Shown here one piece after another: positions 1-9,648 of a stretch of 32,000 nt of DNA; position 1 is the first letter of the stretch; each line of letters opens with the position of its first letter. This DNA comes from Pseudoalteromonas translucida KMM 520 (GTDB lineage Bacteria > Pseudomonadota > Gammaproteobacteria > Enterobacterales > Alteromonadaceae): NCBI RefSeq assembly GCF_001465295.1, contig NZ_CP011034.1, positions 2,430,001-2,462,000 on the forward strand, read 5' to 3'. The translations under genes and the position numbers were made by a program. The notes beneath the pieces are model-generated. The model did no database searches. It was not told the DNA's origin and saw only the letters and a list, made by a program, of their open reading frames with translations.

Positions 1-1019
1 AAGGCTATAACTTGGGCCGTTTAACGGCGACCGCTGCAGGTCTGCCTAATAGCGTGCCGGGTATGACCCTTGACCGTCAGTGTTCGTCTGGATTAATGAG
101 TATAGGTTTTGCGGCGCAAAATATTATGCTTGGTTCAATGGATATTGTGGTTGCCGGTGGCGTTGAATCTATTTCTATGGTGCAAAACAAACACAAAAAT
201 ACTTATCGTAATATTTCTAAAAAAGTACTGTCGCATTCAGAGCATGCCTATATGCAGATGATCGAAACCGCAGAAGTTGTTGCAAAACGCTACAACATTT
301 CACGTTTAGCACAAGATGAGTACAGCTTACAGTCTCAGCTGCGTATTGCAGCGGCGCAAAAAAATAATCTGTTTGATAATGAAATTGTGCCAATGGCATC
401 CACCAAATCAGTATTTAACCGCGAAACCAAAGAGGTAACCTTTGAGGACGTATTGCTAGCTAAAGATGAAGGTAACCGCCCTTCTACAACTCTCGAGAGC
501 CTACAAAGCTTAGAGCCGGTTTGGAAAGATGGTCGCGTTATTTCACAAGGTGAATTTATTACAGCAGGTAATGCAAGTCAGTTATCTGATGGCGCGTCTG
601 CTTGTGTGGTAATGGACTCACAATTAGCGGCGCAAAAAGGCTTAGCGCCAATGGGGGTGTTTCGTGGTATGGCGGTTGCAGGTTGCGAGCCCGATGAAAT
701 GGGTATTGGCCCTGTGTATGCTATTCCTAAGCTATTAAAACAACATGGTTTATCAATTGATGATATTGGTTTATGGGAAATTAACGAAGCATTTGCGTGT
801 CAGCTTATTTATTCGCGCGACTACCTCGGTATTGATAACAATAAACTTAACGTTAATGGCGGCGCTATCGCCATTGGTCATCCCTTTGGTATGAGTGGCG
901 CACGTATGGTGGGCCATGCCCTTATTGAAGGCAAGCGTCGCGGTGTTAAATATGTTGTGGTGAGCATGTGTATTGGTGGTGGCATGGGTGCGGCAGGCTT
1001 ATTTGAGGTGTGCCTGTAA
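1..1019 (+). CDS. Thiolase (acetyl-CoA C-acyltransferase / 3-ketoacyl-CoA thiolase), 5'-truncated by the window edge
   Basis: The frame stays open upstream of the TTG at 12 (in-frame GYN... from nt 3), so the N-terminus lies outside the window. Thiolase signatures are visible: [16 protein letters not shown], and C-terminal [13 protein letters not shown]. Confidence 0.9.
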   Translation, partial: GYNLGRLTATAAGLPNSVPGMTLDRQCSSGLMSIGFAAQNIMLGSMDIVVAGGVESISMVQNKHKNTYRNISKKVLSHSEHAYMQMIETAEVVAKRYNISRLAQDEYSLQSQLRIAAAQKNNLFDNEIVPMASTKSVFNRETKEVTFEDVLLAKDEGNRPSTTLESLQSLEPVWKDGRVISQGEFITAGNASQLSDGASACVVMDSQLAAQKGLAPMGVFRGMAVAGCEPDEMGIGPVYAIPKLLKQHGLSIDDIGLWEINEAFACQLIYSRDYLGIDNNKLNVNGGAIAIGHPFGMSGARMVGHALIEGKRRGVKYVVVSMCIGGGMGAAGLFEVCL

Positions 1020-1074
1020 GGCAATCTTGATTTGCACAGCAACATGTTAGTCTAATTTAAGTAAGGAGATATTA

Positions 1075-1869
1075 ATGTCTATACTCGATAGATTTCGCCT
1101 CGATGGCCAAGTCGCTATTGTTACCGGCTCAGGGCGTGGCATAGGTGCAGCCATTGCACTGGCATTAGCCGATGCCGGTGCCGATATTGTAGTCACGGCC
1201 AGAACCATCGAAGATATTGAACAAACAGCAGCGCAAATACGCCAACGTGGCAGCCGCGCTTTAGTAGTCGCGTGCGATGTACTTGATGAGCAACAACGAC
1301 AGTCATTAGTTGATAAAACAATTGAGCATTTTGGCCGACTTGATATTTTAGTCAATAACGTCGGTGGCTCAGGCGCAATTAAGCCTACACTTAGCAGCAG
1401 CGCAGCAGAGTTAGAAAATTGCTTTAAGCTCAATACCGCTACCGCGTTTGATTTGTCACGTATTAGTGCCCCGCACATGGTAAATACCAGTGGCCAAGGC
1501 AGTATCATTAATATTTCATCGGTAGCTGGGCAATTAGCTCAGCCCGGCTTTATTAGTTACGGCATCGCCAAAGCGGCATTAAATTTTATGACGCTTAATT
1601 TAGCACAAGATTTTGCACCTAAAGTGCGCGTTAATGCAATTAGTGTAGGCTCAACCCTTACCGAAGCACTTAAAGGCGTAATGAATGATGAAATGGAGCA
1701 GGCTATTGTTAAACGTACACCTATGAATCGCTTAGGTCAGCCTGAAGATGTAGCGGCTTGTGCGCTATTTTTAGCCTCGCCTGCGGCAGGTTATATTACT
1801 GGTGAAATTTTTGGTGTTAATGGAGGGCTAACCGACGCGCCAATGCCTATGCCTCGCAGTAACTTTTAA
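1075..1869 (+). CDS. Short-chain dehydrogenase/reductase (FabG-like)
   Basis: RBS TAAGGAGA lies 6 nt before the ATG. The Rossmann motif TGSGRGIG, NNVG, and the catalytic Y-x3-K (YGIAK) are present. Length is 264 aa. Confidence 0.88.
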   Translation: MSILDRFRLDGQVAIVTGSGRGIGAAIALALADAGADIVVTARTIEDIEQTAAQIRQRGSRALVVACDVLDEQQRQSLVDKTIEHFGRLDILVNNVGGSGAIKPTLSSSAAELENCFKLNTATAFDLSRISAPHMVNTSGQGSIINISSVAGQLAQPGFISYGIAKAALNFMTLNLAQDFAPKVRVNAISVGSTLTEALKGVMNDEMEQAIVKRTPMNRLGQPEDVAACALFLASPAAGYITGEIFGVNGGLTDAPMPMPRSNF

Positions 1870-1890
1870 CGTCCTCACTGTGTTCAAACG

Positions 1891-1919
1891 AAGCCCGCTT
1901 ATTAAGCGGGTTTAGTTTT
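1891..1919 (+). terminator. Rho-independent terminator of the thiolase-SDR unit
   Basis: Stem CCCGCTT (1894-1900) pairs with AAGCGGG (1904-1910) around a 3-nt loop, followed by TTTAGTTTT. Confidence 0.7.
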
Positions 1920-2072
1920 ACAGCCCTTCTTACTCTTTAGTTAATTTTTAAACTCACAGCCTTCACTGCAAGTTTATTCTGTAAGCTTTTAGTAAAGTTA
2001 GGCAATGAATTACTTTAGTGACTGGACTGGATTGTATTTAGTTGTGATTGCTATCAGCAAGGAGGAAATAAT

Positions 2073-2110
2073 GCCATCACCTTAATAGTCATTGCTAATA
2101 AAGTGATGGT
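2073..2110 (-). terminator. Possible weak terminator hairpin at the end of the long minus-strand operon
   Basis: CCATCAC (2074-2080) pairs with GTGATGG (2103-2109), with two further A-T pairs after one mismatch and a roughly 16-nt loop. On the minus strand it is followed by ATTATTTCC. The large loop and poor U-tract make this tentative. Confidence 0.3.
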
Positions 2111-2130
2111 CGTTAAGTTAAACAATTATT

Positions 2131-3324
2131 TTATGCCGTTATTTTTGGCTCTTTGGGCATACCTAAGCCACGCTCAGCAATAATGTTACGTTGTATTTCG
2201 TTAGTGCCGCCGTAAATGGTATCTGAGCGAACAAACAAATACATAGCCTGTAAACGGGTTAATGTATAAGGGCCTGACTCTAGTATTTCGGCTTCGGGGC
2301 CAAGTACATCCATTGCCAGTTCGCCTAAATCACGGTGCCATGTTGCCCAAAATAACTTATAGATCAGCGCTTCTTTTTGTAAGCCGCCATCATCTGTATC
2401 TGAGAGCATACGCATACTGTTGTAGCGCATTATTTTAAGCCCTATATGAGCGTCAGCAATGCGTTGGCGAATAGTTGGATTTTGGCTTTTACCATTGGCT
2501 TTGGCTATATCAATAATTTGATTAAGCTCATTTTGAAACTGCATTTGCTGACCTAAGGTCGACACGCCACGCTCAAAATTAAGTAAACCCATAGCAATAG
2601 CCCAGCCTTCACCTGGTTGCCCTACAATATCGTCGGCATCACATTCGGCTTGATCAAAAAATACCTCATTAAACTCAGAGGTGCCGGTAAGTTGCCTTAT
2701 GCCACGCACTTCAATACCTGGCTGATCCATTTTCATTAAGAAAAAGCCCAGCCCTTTGTGAGCGCTAGAATTTGGGTTGGTACGCGCTATAACAAAAATA
2801 TAGTCAGATTCATGCGCAAGCGATGTCCACACTTTTTGCCCGCTAATAATCCACTTACCTTTGGCTTCATCAAAATGTGCCTTGGTATTAACATTTGCTA
2901 AGTCAGAGCCTGCGCCAGGCTCAGAATAACCTTGGCACCAAAGAGCGGTTCCTGCTGCAATGCCTGGCAGATATTTTTGTTTTTGTGCTTCGCTACCAAA
3001 GGCAATTAACGTTGGCCCAGCCAGCCCTTCACCTATATGGCCAACACGACCCGGCGCACCGGCGCGAGCATATTCTTCATTAAAAATAACTTGCTGTTCA
3101 ATAGAGCAACCTCGGCCACCATATTCTTTAGGCCAACCAATGCAGGTCCAGCCCCCTTGTGCGAGCTTTTGTTCCCACTTTTTACGCTCCAGAGGAAACA
3201 TGTGTTCATCCCCTGGGCCGCCGCGAAATTTAAGCTGCTCAAATTCACCCACTAAATTCTCAAAGAGCCAAAGTGCCACTTCGGCGCGAAATTTTTCGTC
3301 TTCATCACTAAAACTTAATTTCAT
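2131..3324 (-). CDS. Acyl-CoA dehydrogenase, candidate alpha-type subunit of a heteromeric steroid ACAD
   Basis: 397 aa. ACAD motifs are present: GYSEPGAGSD and C-terminal IYGGTNEIQRNIIAERGLG. It starts 26 nt downstream of the preceding ACAD gene. Confidence 0.88.
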   Translation of the reverse strand: MKLSFSDEDEKFRAEVALWLFENLVGEFEQLKFRGGPGDEHMFPLERKKWEQKLAQGGWTCIGWPKEYGGRGCSIEQQVIFNEEYARAGAPGRVGHIGEGLAGPTLIAFGSEAQKQKYLPGIAAGTALWCQGYSEPGAGSDLANVNTKAHFDEAKGKWIISGQKVWTSLAHESDYIFVIARTNPNSSAHKGLGFFLMKMDQPGIEVRGIRQLTGTSEFNEVFFDQAECDADDIVGQPGEGWAIAMGLLNFERGVSTLGQQMQFQNELNQIIDIAKANGKSQNPTIRQRIADAHIGLKIMRYNSMRMLSDTDDGGLQKEALIYKLFWATWHRDLGELAMDVLGPEAEILESGPYTLTRLQAMYLFVRSDTIYGGTNEIQRNIIAERGLGMPKEPKITA

Positions 3325-3349
3325 CTGTTTTACCTTTTTTAGCAGCCGT

Positions 3350-4507
3350 TTAATCTAATAACAATGTTGCGACGTGTTCACGATGATAAGCAGCATCACC
3401 TAAAAATAACTCAGACGATTTGGCTCGTTTAAAATATAAGTGCACGTCATATTCCCAGGTAAACCCTACTCCACCATGAAGCTGCAGCGCATCACCGGCA
3501 TTTTTAAAATAGCCTTCTGAGCAATACGACTTAGCTACGCTGGCTGCTTCGCCTAATTCATCGGCCAATAAACCACCACTGAGCGCTTCCTCTGCTACGC
3601 ACGCTGCGTAATAAACAGCTGATCGTGCTACTTCGGTACGCAGCATCATATCTGCCGCTTGGTGTTTAACTGCTTGAAAACCCGCTATAGGCCTACCAAA
3701 CTGCACTCGCTCTTTGGTGTACTCTAGGGTTAAATCTAATACTTGTTGCGAGCCACCCACTTGCTCCGCTGCAATGGCTATAGCTGCTAGTTGCAATACT
3801 TTATTTAGCTGTGGCCAGGCATTATTTGCCTCGCCCATTAATTGGCTGCTGCTCACTCGCACATTATCAAACACTATTTCTGCCTGTTTACGTGTTTGAT
3901 CCATTGTTGGCAACCAAGTGCGCTTTACCCCAGGGGTATTTGCATCTATTGCAAATAAACTTATTCCTTGCTCGCCCTCACTGCCTTCACTACGTGCGGC
4001 AACTATTAATAATTGCGCCGTGTGGCCATCTAGTACATAACGATATGTGCCATTAAGTACATAATCATCGCCCTGTGTAGTTACAATGCCTTGTACTGCT
4101 GTTGCGTCCCACTGGCCATTTTTACTGGTATAGGCAAGTGTAGCGGTTAAACTGCCTTCACATATTTGCGTTAAATATTGCTGCTTTTGCTCATCAGTGC
4201 CGGCAACTATTAAGGCATTACTGGCTAAACACACGGTTGAAAAAAACGGCGAACATAATAAATAACGCCCCATTTGCTCCAGCATAACCACCAAATCAAC
4301 ATAGCCTAATCCCATGCCGCCATATTCTTCCGGTATATGAATTGCCTGCCAGTACATTTCTTCGCAAATACGTTGCCATATTTGTGGATCAAAGCCTTGC
4401 TCAGTGTCCATTGCGCTGCGTATTGCATTCGATGACGATACTTCAGCTAAGAAGGCTTGCGCAGTATCGCGGATCATTTTCTGCTCTTCGGTAAATGAAA
4501 ATTCCAA
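3350..4507 (-). CDS. Acyl-CoA dehydrogenase family protein, candidate beta-type subunit
   Basis: 385 aa. The start is TTG, preceded by AGAAGGAG with 7-nt spacing. The ACAD fold ends in LHGGVGFTWEYDVHLYFKRAKS and lacks the xYxGTxEIQ motif found in its neighbour. Confidence 0.85.
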   Translation of the reverse strand: MEFSFTEEQKMIRDTAQAFLAEVSSSNAIRSAMDTEQGFDPQIWQRICEEMYWQAIHIPEEYGGMGLGYVDLVVMLEQMGRYLLCSPFFSTVCLASNALIVAGTDEQKQQYLTQICEGSLTATLAYTSKNGQWDATAVQGIVTTQGDDYVLNGTYRYVLDGHTAQLLIVAARSEGSEGEQGISLFAIDANTPGVKRTWLPTMDQTRKQAEIVFDNVRVSSSQLMGEANNAWPQLNKVLQLAAIAIAAEQVGGSQQVLDLTLEYTKERVQFGRPIAGFQAVKHQAADMMLRTEVARSAVYYAACVAEEALSGGLLADELGEAASVAKSYCSEGYFKNAGDALQLHGGVGFTWEYDVHLYFKRAKSSELFLGDAAYHREHVATLLLD

Positions 4508-4531
4508 ATGTTTGCTCCTTCTAAAATTTTA

Positions 4532-6139
4532 CTATTGCAAGAAATGCTTTATCAGTTCTGCTTTAACTACTTTGTTAGAAGCATTGACTGGCATTGCGTC
4601 AATTATTTTTATTTTTCTGGGTACTCGATAATTTGCCATGCGCTCACGACACCAAGTCATTAAGGTTGGCTCATCAAGTTCTGCTGATGATTTTAAAGTA
4701 ATAAATGCACAGCCAACTTCTCCCATGCGCTCATCTTTAATTCCTACCACTGCAACTTGTGCAATAGCGCTGTGCTCAATAAGTACTGCCTCTATTTCTG
4801 CCGGGTAACAATTAAATCCGCCCGAAATGTACATATCTTTTAGTCTATCGGTAATGCTTAAATAGCCATTTTTATCTAAATGCCCAACATCGCCGGTGTG
4901 CAGCCAATTGTCTTTATCTATGGTTTCGGCGGTGGCTTGTGGTTGCTCAAAATACCCTTTCATTACATGAAAACCACGAATACAAATTTCGCCAGTTTCA
5001 TTAGCACCAAGTATTTCACCCTGCTCAGACATTATTGCTATTTCGGTGCCTTCAATTGCGCGGCCACTGGTACTGGCTATGGTGGCAACGTCGGTATCAA
5101 TGCCACAAATACTTGCTAAACCACCGCACTCAGTTAATCCATATGCCGTGGTTACCACTTTAAAACCTAATAACTCACGCATTCGCTCTATTAAAATAGG
5201 TGGAATAGTCGCAGCGCCAGTAACGGCTATGCGCAGGCTACTTAAGTTAGCGCTTGCTAACTGCGGATGAGCAAGCAATGATAAATAAAGTGTTGGTGGC
5301 CCAGGTAATACGGTTATTTTATCTTGGCTAATTCGGGCAAGCACTTCATCGGCGTCAAACACTGCTTGTGGTAAAATAGTCGCGCCCGCTAATAAGCAAC
5401 TTACCCATCCGGCTTTATAACCAAAGGCATGAAAAAACGGATTAACTACTAAATAGCGATCGCCAGGCACTATGCCTAAGGTTTTTACAAATACGCTAAA
5501 CGCTTTAATTATTGCCCCATGGCGGCTCATAACGCCTTTGGGTTTGCCTGTTGTGCCTGAGGTAAACATAAGATCAGACAGATTATCTGCACCAACGCCT
5601 AAGGCAATTTCACGGGCACTGCGCTCATCAACACTGTCTTTTCTGGCTAAAAAGCGCTGCCAATCACAACAAATATCAAGTGGCTCCCCTTTACGTGGGG
5701 TTAAGGTTACAATCGACAGTTGCTGTGGGGTAAATAATTTTGCCAATTCGCCGGGGTAGTCACTTTTTAAAAAGTCACCAACACTAAATACTAGCTTTGC
5801 GCCGCTGCGATTAATAATTTCAGCCGCTTCAACGGCTTTCATACGGGTGTTAATAGGTACTAACACTGCTCCGGCCATTTGCAAACCAATCGCGGCAAGC
5901 ACCCAGCGCCCAGAGTTTGCCCCCCAAATAGCCACGCGATCGCCCGGCTTTATTCCAAAAGCAATAAGTGCACGGCTAACATTTAAACTCTCAGTAGGTA
6001 AGTCTTGATAGCTTATTTTTACTTCGCCATCTTCAATAGCAATAAGTTGTCCATGGCGTTTTGCAGCAGCAAACACTAATTTAGGAATACTATCCACTTC
6101 GTTGCTAATGCTAGGGTTTAATGAATTATTGATCGTCAT
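4532..6139 (-). CDS. AMP-dependent acyl-CoA synthetase/ligase (steroid or side-chain CoA ligase candidate)
   Basis: The AMP-binding motif FTSGTTGKPKGV is present, as are GYGLTE-like (AYGLTECGG) and TGD motifs. The track ORF starts at 6208 but would overlap the kstD 3' end by 59 nt. The internal ATG at 6139 (MTINNSL...) lies 10 nt after the kstD stop and is preferred. Confidence 0.85.
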   Translation of the reverse strand: MTINNSLNPSISNEVDSIPKLVFAAAKRHGQLIAIEDGEVKISYQDLPTESLNVSRALIAFGIKPGDRVAIWGANSGRWVLAAIGLQMAGAVLVPINTRMKAVEAAEIINRSGAKLVFSVGDFLKSDYPGELAKLFTPQQLSIVTLTPRKGEPLDICCDWQRFLARKDSVDERSAREIALGVGADNLSDLMFTSGTTGKPKGVMSRHGAIIKAFSVFVKTLGIVPGDRYLVVNPFFHAFGYKAGWVSCLLAGATILPQAVFDADEVLARISQDKITVLPGPPTLYLSLLAHPQLASANLSSLRIAVTGAATIPPILIERMRELLGFKVVTTAYGLTECGGLASICGIDTDVATIASTSGRAIEGTEIAIMSEQGEILGANETGEICIRGFHVMKGYFEQPQATAETIDKDNWLHTGDVGHLDKNGYLSITDRLKDMYISGGFNCYPAEIEAVLIEHSAIAQVAVVGIKDERMGEVGCAFITLKSSAELDEPTLMTWCRERMANYRVPRKIKIIDAMPVNASNKVVKAELIKHFLQ

Positions 6140-6149
6140 ATGCAATTCT

Positions 6150-7874
6150 CTAGTCATTGGCTTCTGCGCCGCGGTTAGCAGTAATGTGATTAGCCGCAAC
6201 GTAACCAAAGGTCATAGCTGGGCCAATTGTTGCACCCGCGCCTGGGTAGCTTGTGCCCATAACAGAGGATGAGCTATTACCAATGGCATAAAGTCCTGCA
6301 ATGGGCTCACCCGATGGGCGTACCACTTGGGCATACTCATTAGTAAGCAAGCCACCTTTAGTGCCAATATCACCCGGATGAATTTTTAATGCGTAATAAG
6401 GGCCTTTTGTTAGCGGGGCTAAACAAGGGTTAGGCTTAACTTTGGTGTCGCCGTAGTAACGGTCAAACACATTACCGCCACGGTCAAAGTCTTCATCTAC
6501 ACCCGTTGCTGCGTAGTGGTTCATCTTTTGTACTGTTTGTGCTAATCCATCAGCATCAATATTAACTAGTTTTGCCAGCTCTGCTAAGCTATCGGCTTTA
6601 AAATAAACCGAGCCTAACCAAGCTTTAGGCGCTCTGCTATCTGGCATAATTTTGCCAGGCATCAGTGGTCCCATAGCGTACTCATGGCGAAAATGGCCAT
6701 CAAAAACCACCCAAGCTGGAATAGAATTACCCATTTTTTGATGATTACGATACATAGCATCACCAAATTCTAAATAAGGCGCTGCTTCGTTAAAAAATCG
6801 TTGCCCTGCACCATCAACAACAATAGCACCAGGAAAGGCTCGCTCGGCAAATAAACCGCGAGCGTTGCGCTCTTTTGGTACATTTAAGGTAGGTGTCCAC
6901 CAGCACCAATCAAGTAAATCGGTGGCTGCGCCTAGTTTTTGCCCCGCTTCTAATGCCGCGCCAGTGTTACCGCCTTTAGGCGTTGCGCTCCAGCTTTGTT
7001 GAGACGGTGCCGGTAAATATTTTTCACGTAGTGCTTGGTTTTGCTCAAAGCCACCGCTGCCCATTATTACGCCATAACGCGCATTTAATGTAAGTTCTTG
7101 GCCATCGCGTAGCACTTTAATACCGGTCACTTTGTCGTTATTAATAACAAAATCGGTAAACTCTGTATCGCGCCATAATGGAATATTACGATCGCATAAC
7201 GAGTGGCGCAGTGACGCCACTAAACTCGCACCTAACCCAGCTCTGCGATCGCGGCGTCCTTTTTTACGCTGCTTAAAGTCCAATTTATAACGAAGCATTA
7301 AGCCAATTATCATCAGCATCCAACCACGCTCTTTCGACACTGCTTTATGTGCTTGGCGCGCAGTCCACGACATTTTCCCCATCAGTAATGCATTACCGGC
7401 AGCAGGCTGTTGGTTATTCATTTCATCGCCCAGCCCGGTGGTATCGTATAGCTCTGGATCCATACTGCGCCCACCCGGTAATGAGCCTTCAAGGTGTTGA
7501 TAGTAATCGGGGTACTTATCGGCAACCGCAAATTTAACCCGGCTATTAGCTTGCAGCTCGCGCAGCATTTTTGGTGCATTATCTAAATAGGCACGAATAC
7601 GCGTTTCATCAACACTGCCTTGGCTGGCCGCTTTAATATAAGTGAGTGCTGCTTCGTAGCTGTCTTTGCCGCCAAGTGCACGAAATTCATCGTTATTTGG
7701 GATCCAAATACCACCTCCAGATATTGCAGAGGTGCCTCCGTATTTATCGGTTTTTTCAACAATAAGTACTGAGTTCCCCTGATCGGCGGCAAACAGTGCT
7801 GCAGTCATTGCACCCGCTCCCGAACCGACAACAATTACATCGTAATTTTTTTCAACATCATTGGCTGTGGTCAT
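6150..7874 (-). CDS. kstD: 3-oxosteroid Delta1-dehydrogenase (KstD/TesH-like FAD flavoprotein)
   Basis: 574 aa. RBS AGGAGAAGG is present. The N-terminal FAD fold reads DVIVVGSGAGAMTAALFAA...VEKTDKYGGTSAISGGGIWIPNN, typical of KstD. The length matches KstD/TesH (about 570 aa). Confidence 0.82.
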   Translation of the reverse strand: MTTANDVEKNYDVIVVGSGAGAMTAALFAADQGNSVLIVEKTDKYGGTSAISGGGIWIPNNDEFRALGGKDSYEAALTYIKAASQGSVDETRIRAYLDNAPKMLRELQANSRVKFAVADKYPDYYQHLEGSLPGGRSMDPELYDTTGLGDEMNNQQPAAGNALLMGKMSWTARQAHKAVSKERGWMLMIIGLMLRYKLDFKQRKKGRRDRRAGLGASLVASLRHSLCDRNIPLWRDTEFTDFVINNDKVTGIKVLRDGQELTLNARYGVIMGSGGFEQNQALREKYLPAPSQQSWSATPKGGNTGAALEAGQKLGAATDLLDWCWWTPTLNVPKERNARGLFAERAFPGAIVVDGAGQRFFNEAAPYLEFGDAMYRNHQKMGNSIPAWVVFDGHFRHEYAMGPLMPGKIMPDSRAPKAWLGSVYFKADSLAELAKLVNIDADGLAQTVQKMNHYAATGVDEDFDRGGNVFDRYYGDTKVKPNPCLAPLTKGPYYALKIHPGDIGTKGGLLTNEYAQVVRPSGEPIAGLYAIGNSSSSVMGTSYPGAGATIGPAMTFGYVAANHITANRGAEAND

Positions 7875-7953
7875 CTACCTTCTCCTGTTCAATTATTTTT
7901 ATTCACTAATGAGTAATCTGCGCTTTATTGGCTTTTTTAACGGCGATTAACAT

Positions 7954-9648
7954 TTATTGATAAAGTTTTGTTTTTAATTTGTTTCTTAAAAGCTTACCCG
8001 CAGGGTTACGCGGGAGCTTGTCTTGCATAAGGTGAATTTTTTGCGGCACTTTATATTTAGCCAGTCGTTGTGCTACATGTATAAGCAATTGCTGCTCTTC
8101 AATAAACTCACCTTCTAATGGGCAAACAACAGCAATAACGGCCTCACCGGTTTCTTCATCTGGAATACCAAACACAGCTACTTCGGCTACCGCAGGGTGC
8201 TCAAGCAAACACGACTCCACTTCGGCAGCGGGAATATTTTCGCCCGCGCGGTTAATCACATCTTTAATACGGTCAACAATAAACAAAAAGCCTGCGTCGT
8301 CTATATAGCCCAAGTCGCCGGTATGTAACCACCCAGAGCGTATTGCATCTTGAGTTGCTGTTAAATCGCCAACATACTGCTCCATTAAAGTAATACCGCG
8401 CATACATACTTCGCCCACGCTATTGCTAGGTAACGACTGCCCATCTGCAGCGCAAATACGTACTTCCATAATGGGCGAAATAAGCCCTGAGCTTTTGGGT
8501 GCATGGCGAAATAAATCGCCAGACGCTGCTGCGCCTACGCCATTGGTTTCGGTCATACCAAAGCCAATTCCTATCATTTGCTCAGGTAGGCTAGACAGCG
8601 TTTTATCAATTAAGCTTGCTGGTAGTCCTGCGCCGCCAAAACCTAAACCACTAAACGAGGCCATTACTTCTGCACTATGAAAACTAGGCTCTCGTAATAA
8701 CTGCATCACCATAGATGGCGCACCATTAAATTGTGTTACTTGCTCTTTTTTAATTAGTTCAATTGCCTCTAATGGATCCCACTTATGGGTAAACACTAAA
8801 CGCCGCCCGCCACGTAATGCCGACAATAACTGGGCATGTAAACCACTAACATGAAATAACGGCACCGCGGTTAAAATAGTAGGCACCAGTCCTTTTTCCA
8901 TAATTAACGCTAATGCTTTAGGTGAAGTCATTGCCGATATAGCGCCAATAAAGTCAATATTATAAAGTGCTTGGCACACTGCAATATGGCTCGACTCAAC
9001 CGCTTTAGCTACGCTGGTCGCACCTGAAGTAAACAGGACTAAAGCCGCATCGGTTGCTGTTATTGTGGGTGGTTCAATGCTGTGTGCGGAATGATTAAGC
9101 GCCTCTGTAAAGTCTATTGCTGCAGCAGATTGCGATAAATCTAATGCTGTATCGTTTAATACTAAGGTATCGGTTAACCACTCATTGCTTTGGCTAATTC
9201 GCTGCCATCTTGGGCCATCACAAATTAATAATTTAGGCGTAATACCATTAAGTGCAGTTATTAGCTCTTGCTGCATACCAAAACTATTAAGTGGTGCAGG
9301 TACTGCACCTATCAATGCTATCGCGCAAAAAGCAATAACCCACTCAGGTCGGTTACGCATTGCAATAGCAACACGATCCCCTTGCTTTATGCCATGTTGT
9401 TGCAGGTAACTGGCAACATTATCAACTTGTTGAAAAAACTGTTTATAGCTGCAGTGCTCCCCCTGATAAACCAAAAATGATTGCTCATCAGTGCGCCTTG
9501 CATCATTAATCACTTGCGCTAAATTAAGCGGCGCGTTGCAATACACCTGATAACTTTGACCATTGATTTGCTTATTAGTGATTTCAAATGGTGCACCAGG
9601 CGCCATTAATTGTGATTTAGTGGCAGTGACTGAATTAAATAAACTCAT
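7954..9648 (-). CDS. AMP-dependent acyl-CoA synthetase/ligase (second copy)
   Basis: 564 aa. The AMP-binding core is FTSGATSVAKAV, with GFGMTETNG, HTGDLGY and a C-terminal PRNPAGKLLR. The start ATG overlaps the upstream MBL gene stop (ATGA, 9645-9648). Confidence 0.85.
   Translation of the reverse strand: MSLFNSVTATKSQLMAPGAPFEITNKQINGQSYQVYCNAPLNLAQVINDARRTDEQSFLVYQGEHCSYKQFFQQVDNVASYLQQHGIKQGDRVAIAMRNRPEWVIAFCAIALIGAVPAPLNSFGMQQELITALNGITPKLLICDGPRWQRISQSNEWLTDTLVLNDTALDLSQSAAAIDFTEALNHSAHSIEPPTITATDAALVLFTSGATSVAKAVESSHIAVCQALYNIDFIGAISAMTSPKALALIMEKGLVPTILTAVPLFHVSGLHAQLLSALRGGRRLVFTHKWDPLEAIELIKKEQVTQFNGAPSMVMQLLREPSFHSAEVMASFSGLGFGGAGLPASLIDKTLSSLPEQMIGIGFGMTETNGVGAAASGDLFRHAPKSSGLISPIMEVRICAADGQSLPSNSVGEVCMRGITLMEQYVGDLTATQDAIRSGWLHTGDLGYIDDAGFLFIVDRIKDVINRAGENIPAAEVESCLLEHPAVAEVAVFGIPDEETGEAVIAVVCPLEGEFIEEQQLLIHVAQRLAKYKVPQKIHLMQDKLPRNPAGKLLRNKLKTKLYQ

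Noticed and set aside
1047-1508. 153-aa antisense ORF inside the SDR gene, and similar antisense or off-frame ORFs (e.g. 217-399, 2960-3358, 10970-11425, 19130-19393, 26872-27129)
   Set aside because: These are shadow ORFs lying entirely within well-supported genes on the opposite strand or in another frame. They lack RBSs and have Ser/Arg/Cys/Pro-rich compositions typical of non-coding frames.
2071-2085. Mini-ORF ATG-CCA-TCA-CCT-TAA (MPSP) preceded by a strong AAGGAGG Shine-Dalgarno
   Set aside because: It lies between two convergent gene ends with no promoter context, and its sequence forms one arm of the putative terminator hairpin. It is too short to evaluate and is probably fortuitous.
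6140-6208. 23-codon N-terminal extension of the acyl-CoA synthetase given by the ORF track
   Set aside because: It would overlap the kstD 3' end by 59 nt, and the extension (MVTLRLITLLLTAAQKPMTRELH) is not ligase-like. The ATG at 6139 is preferred.
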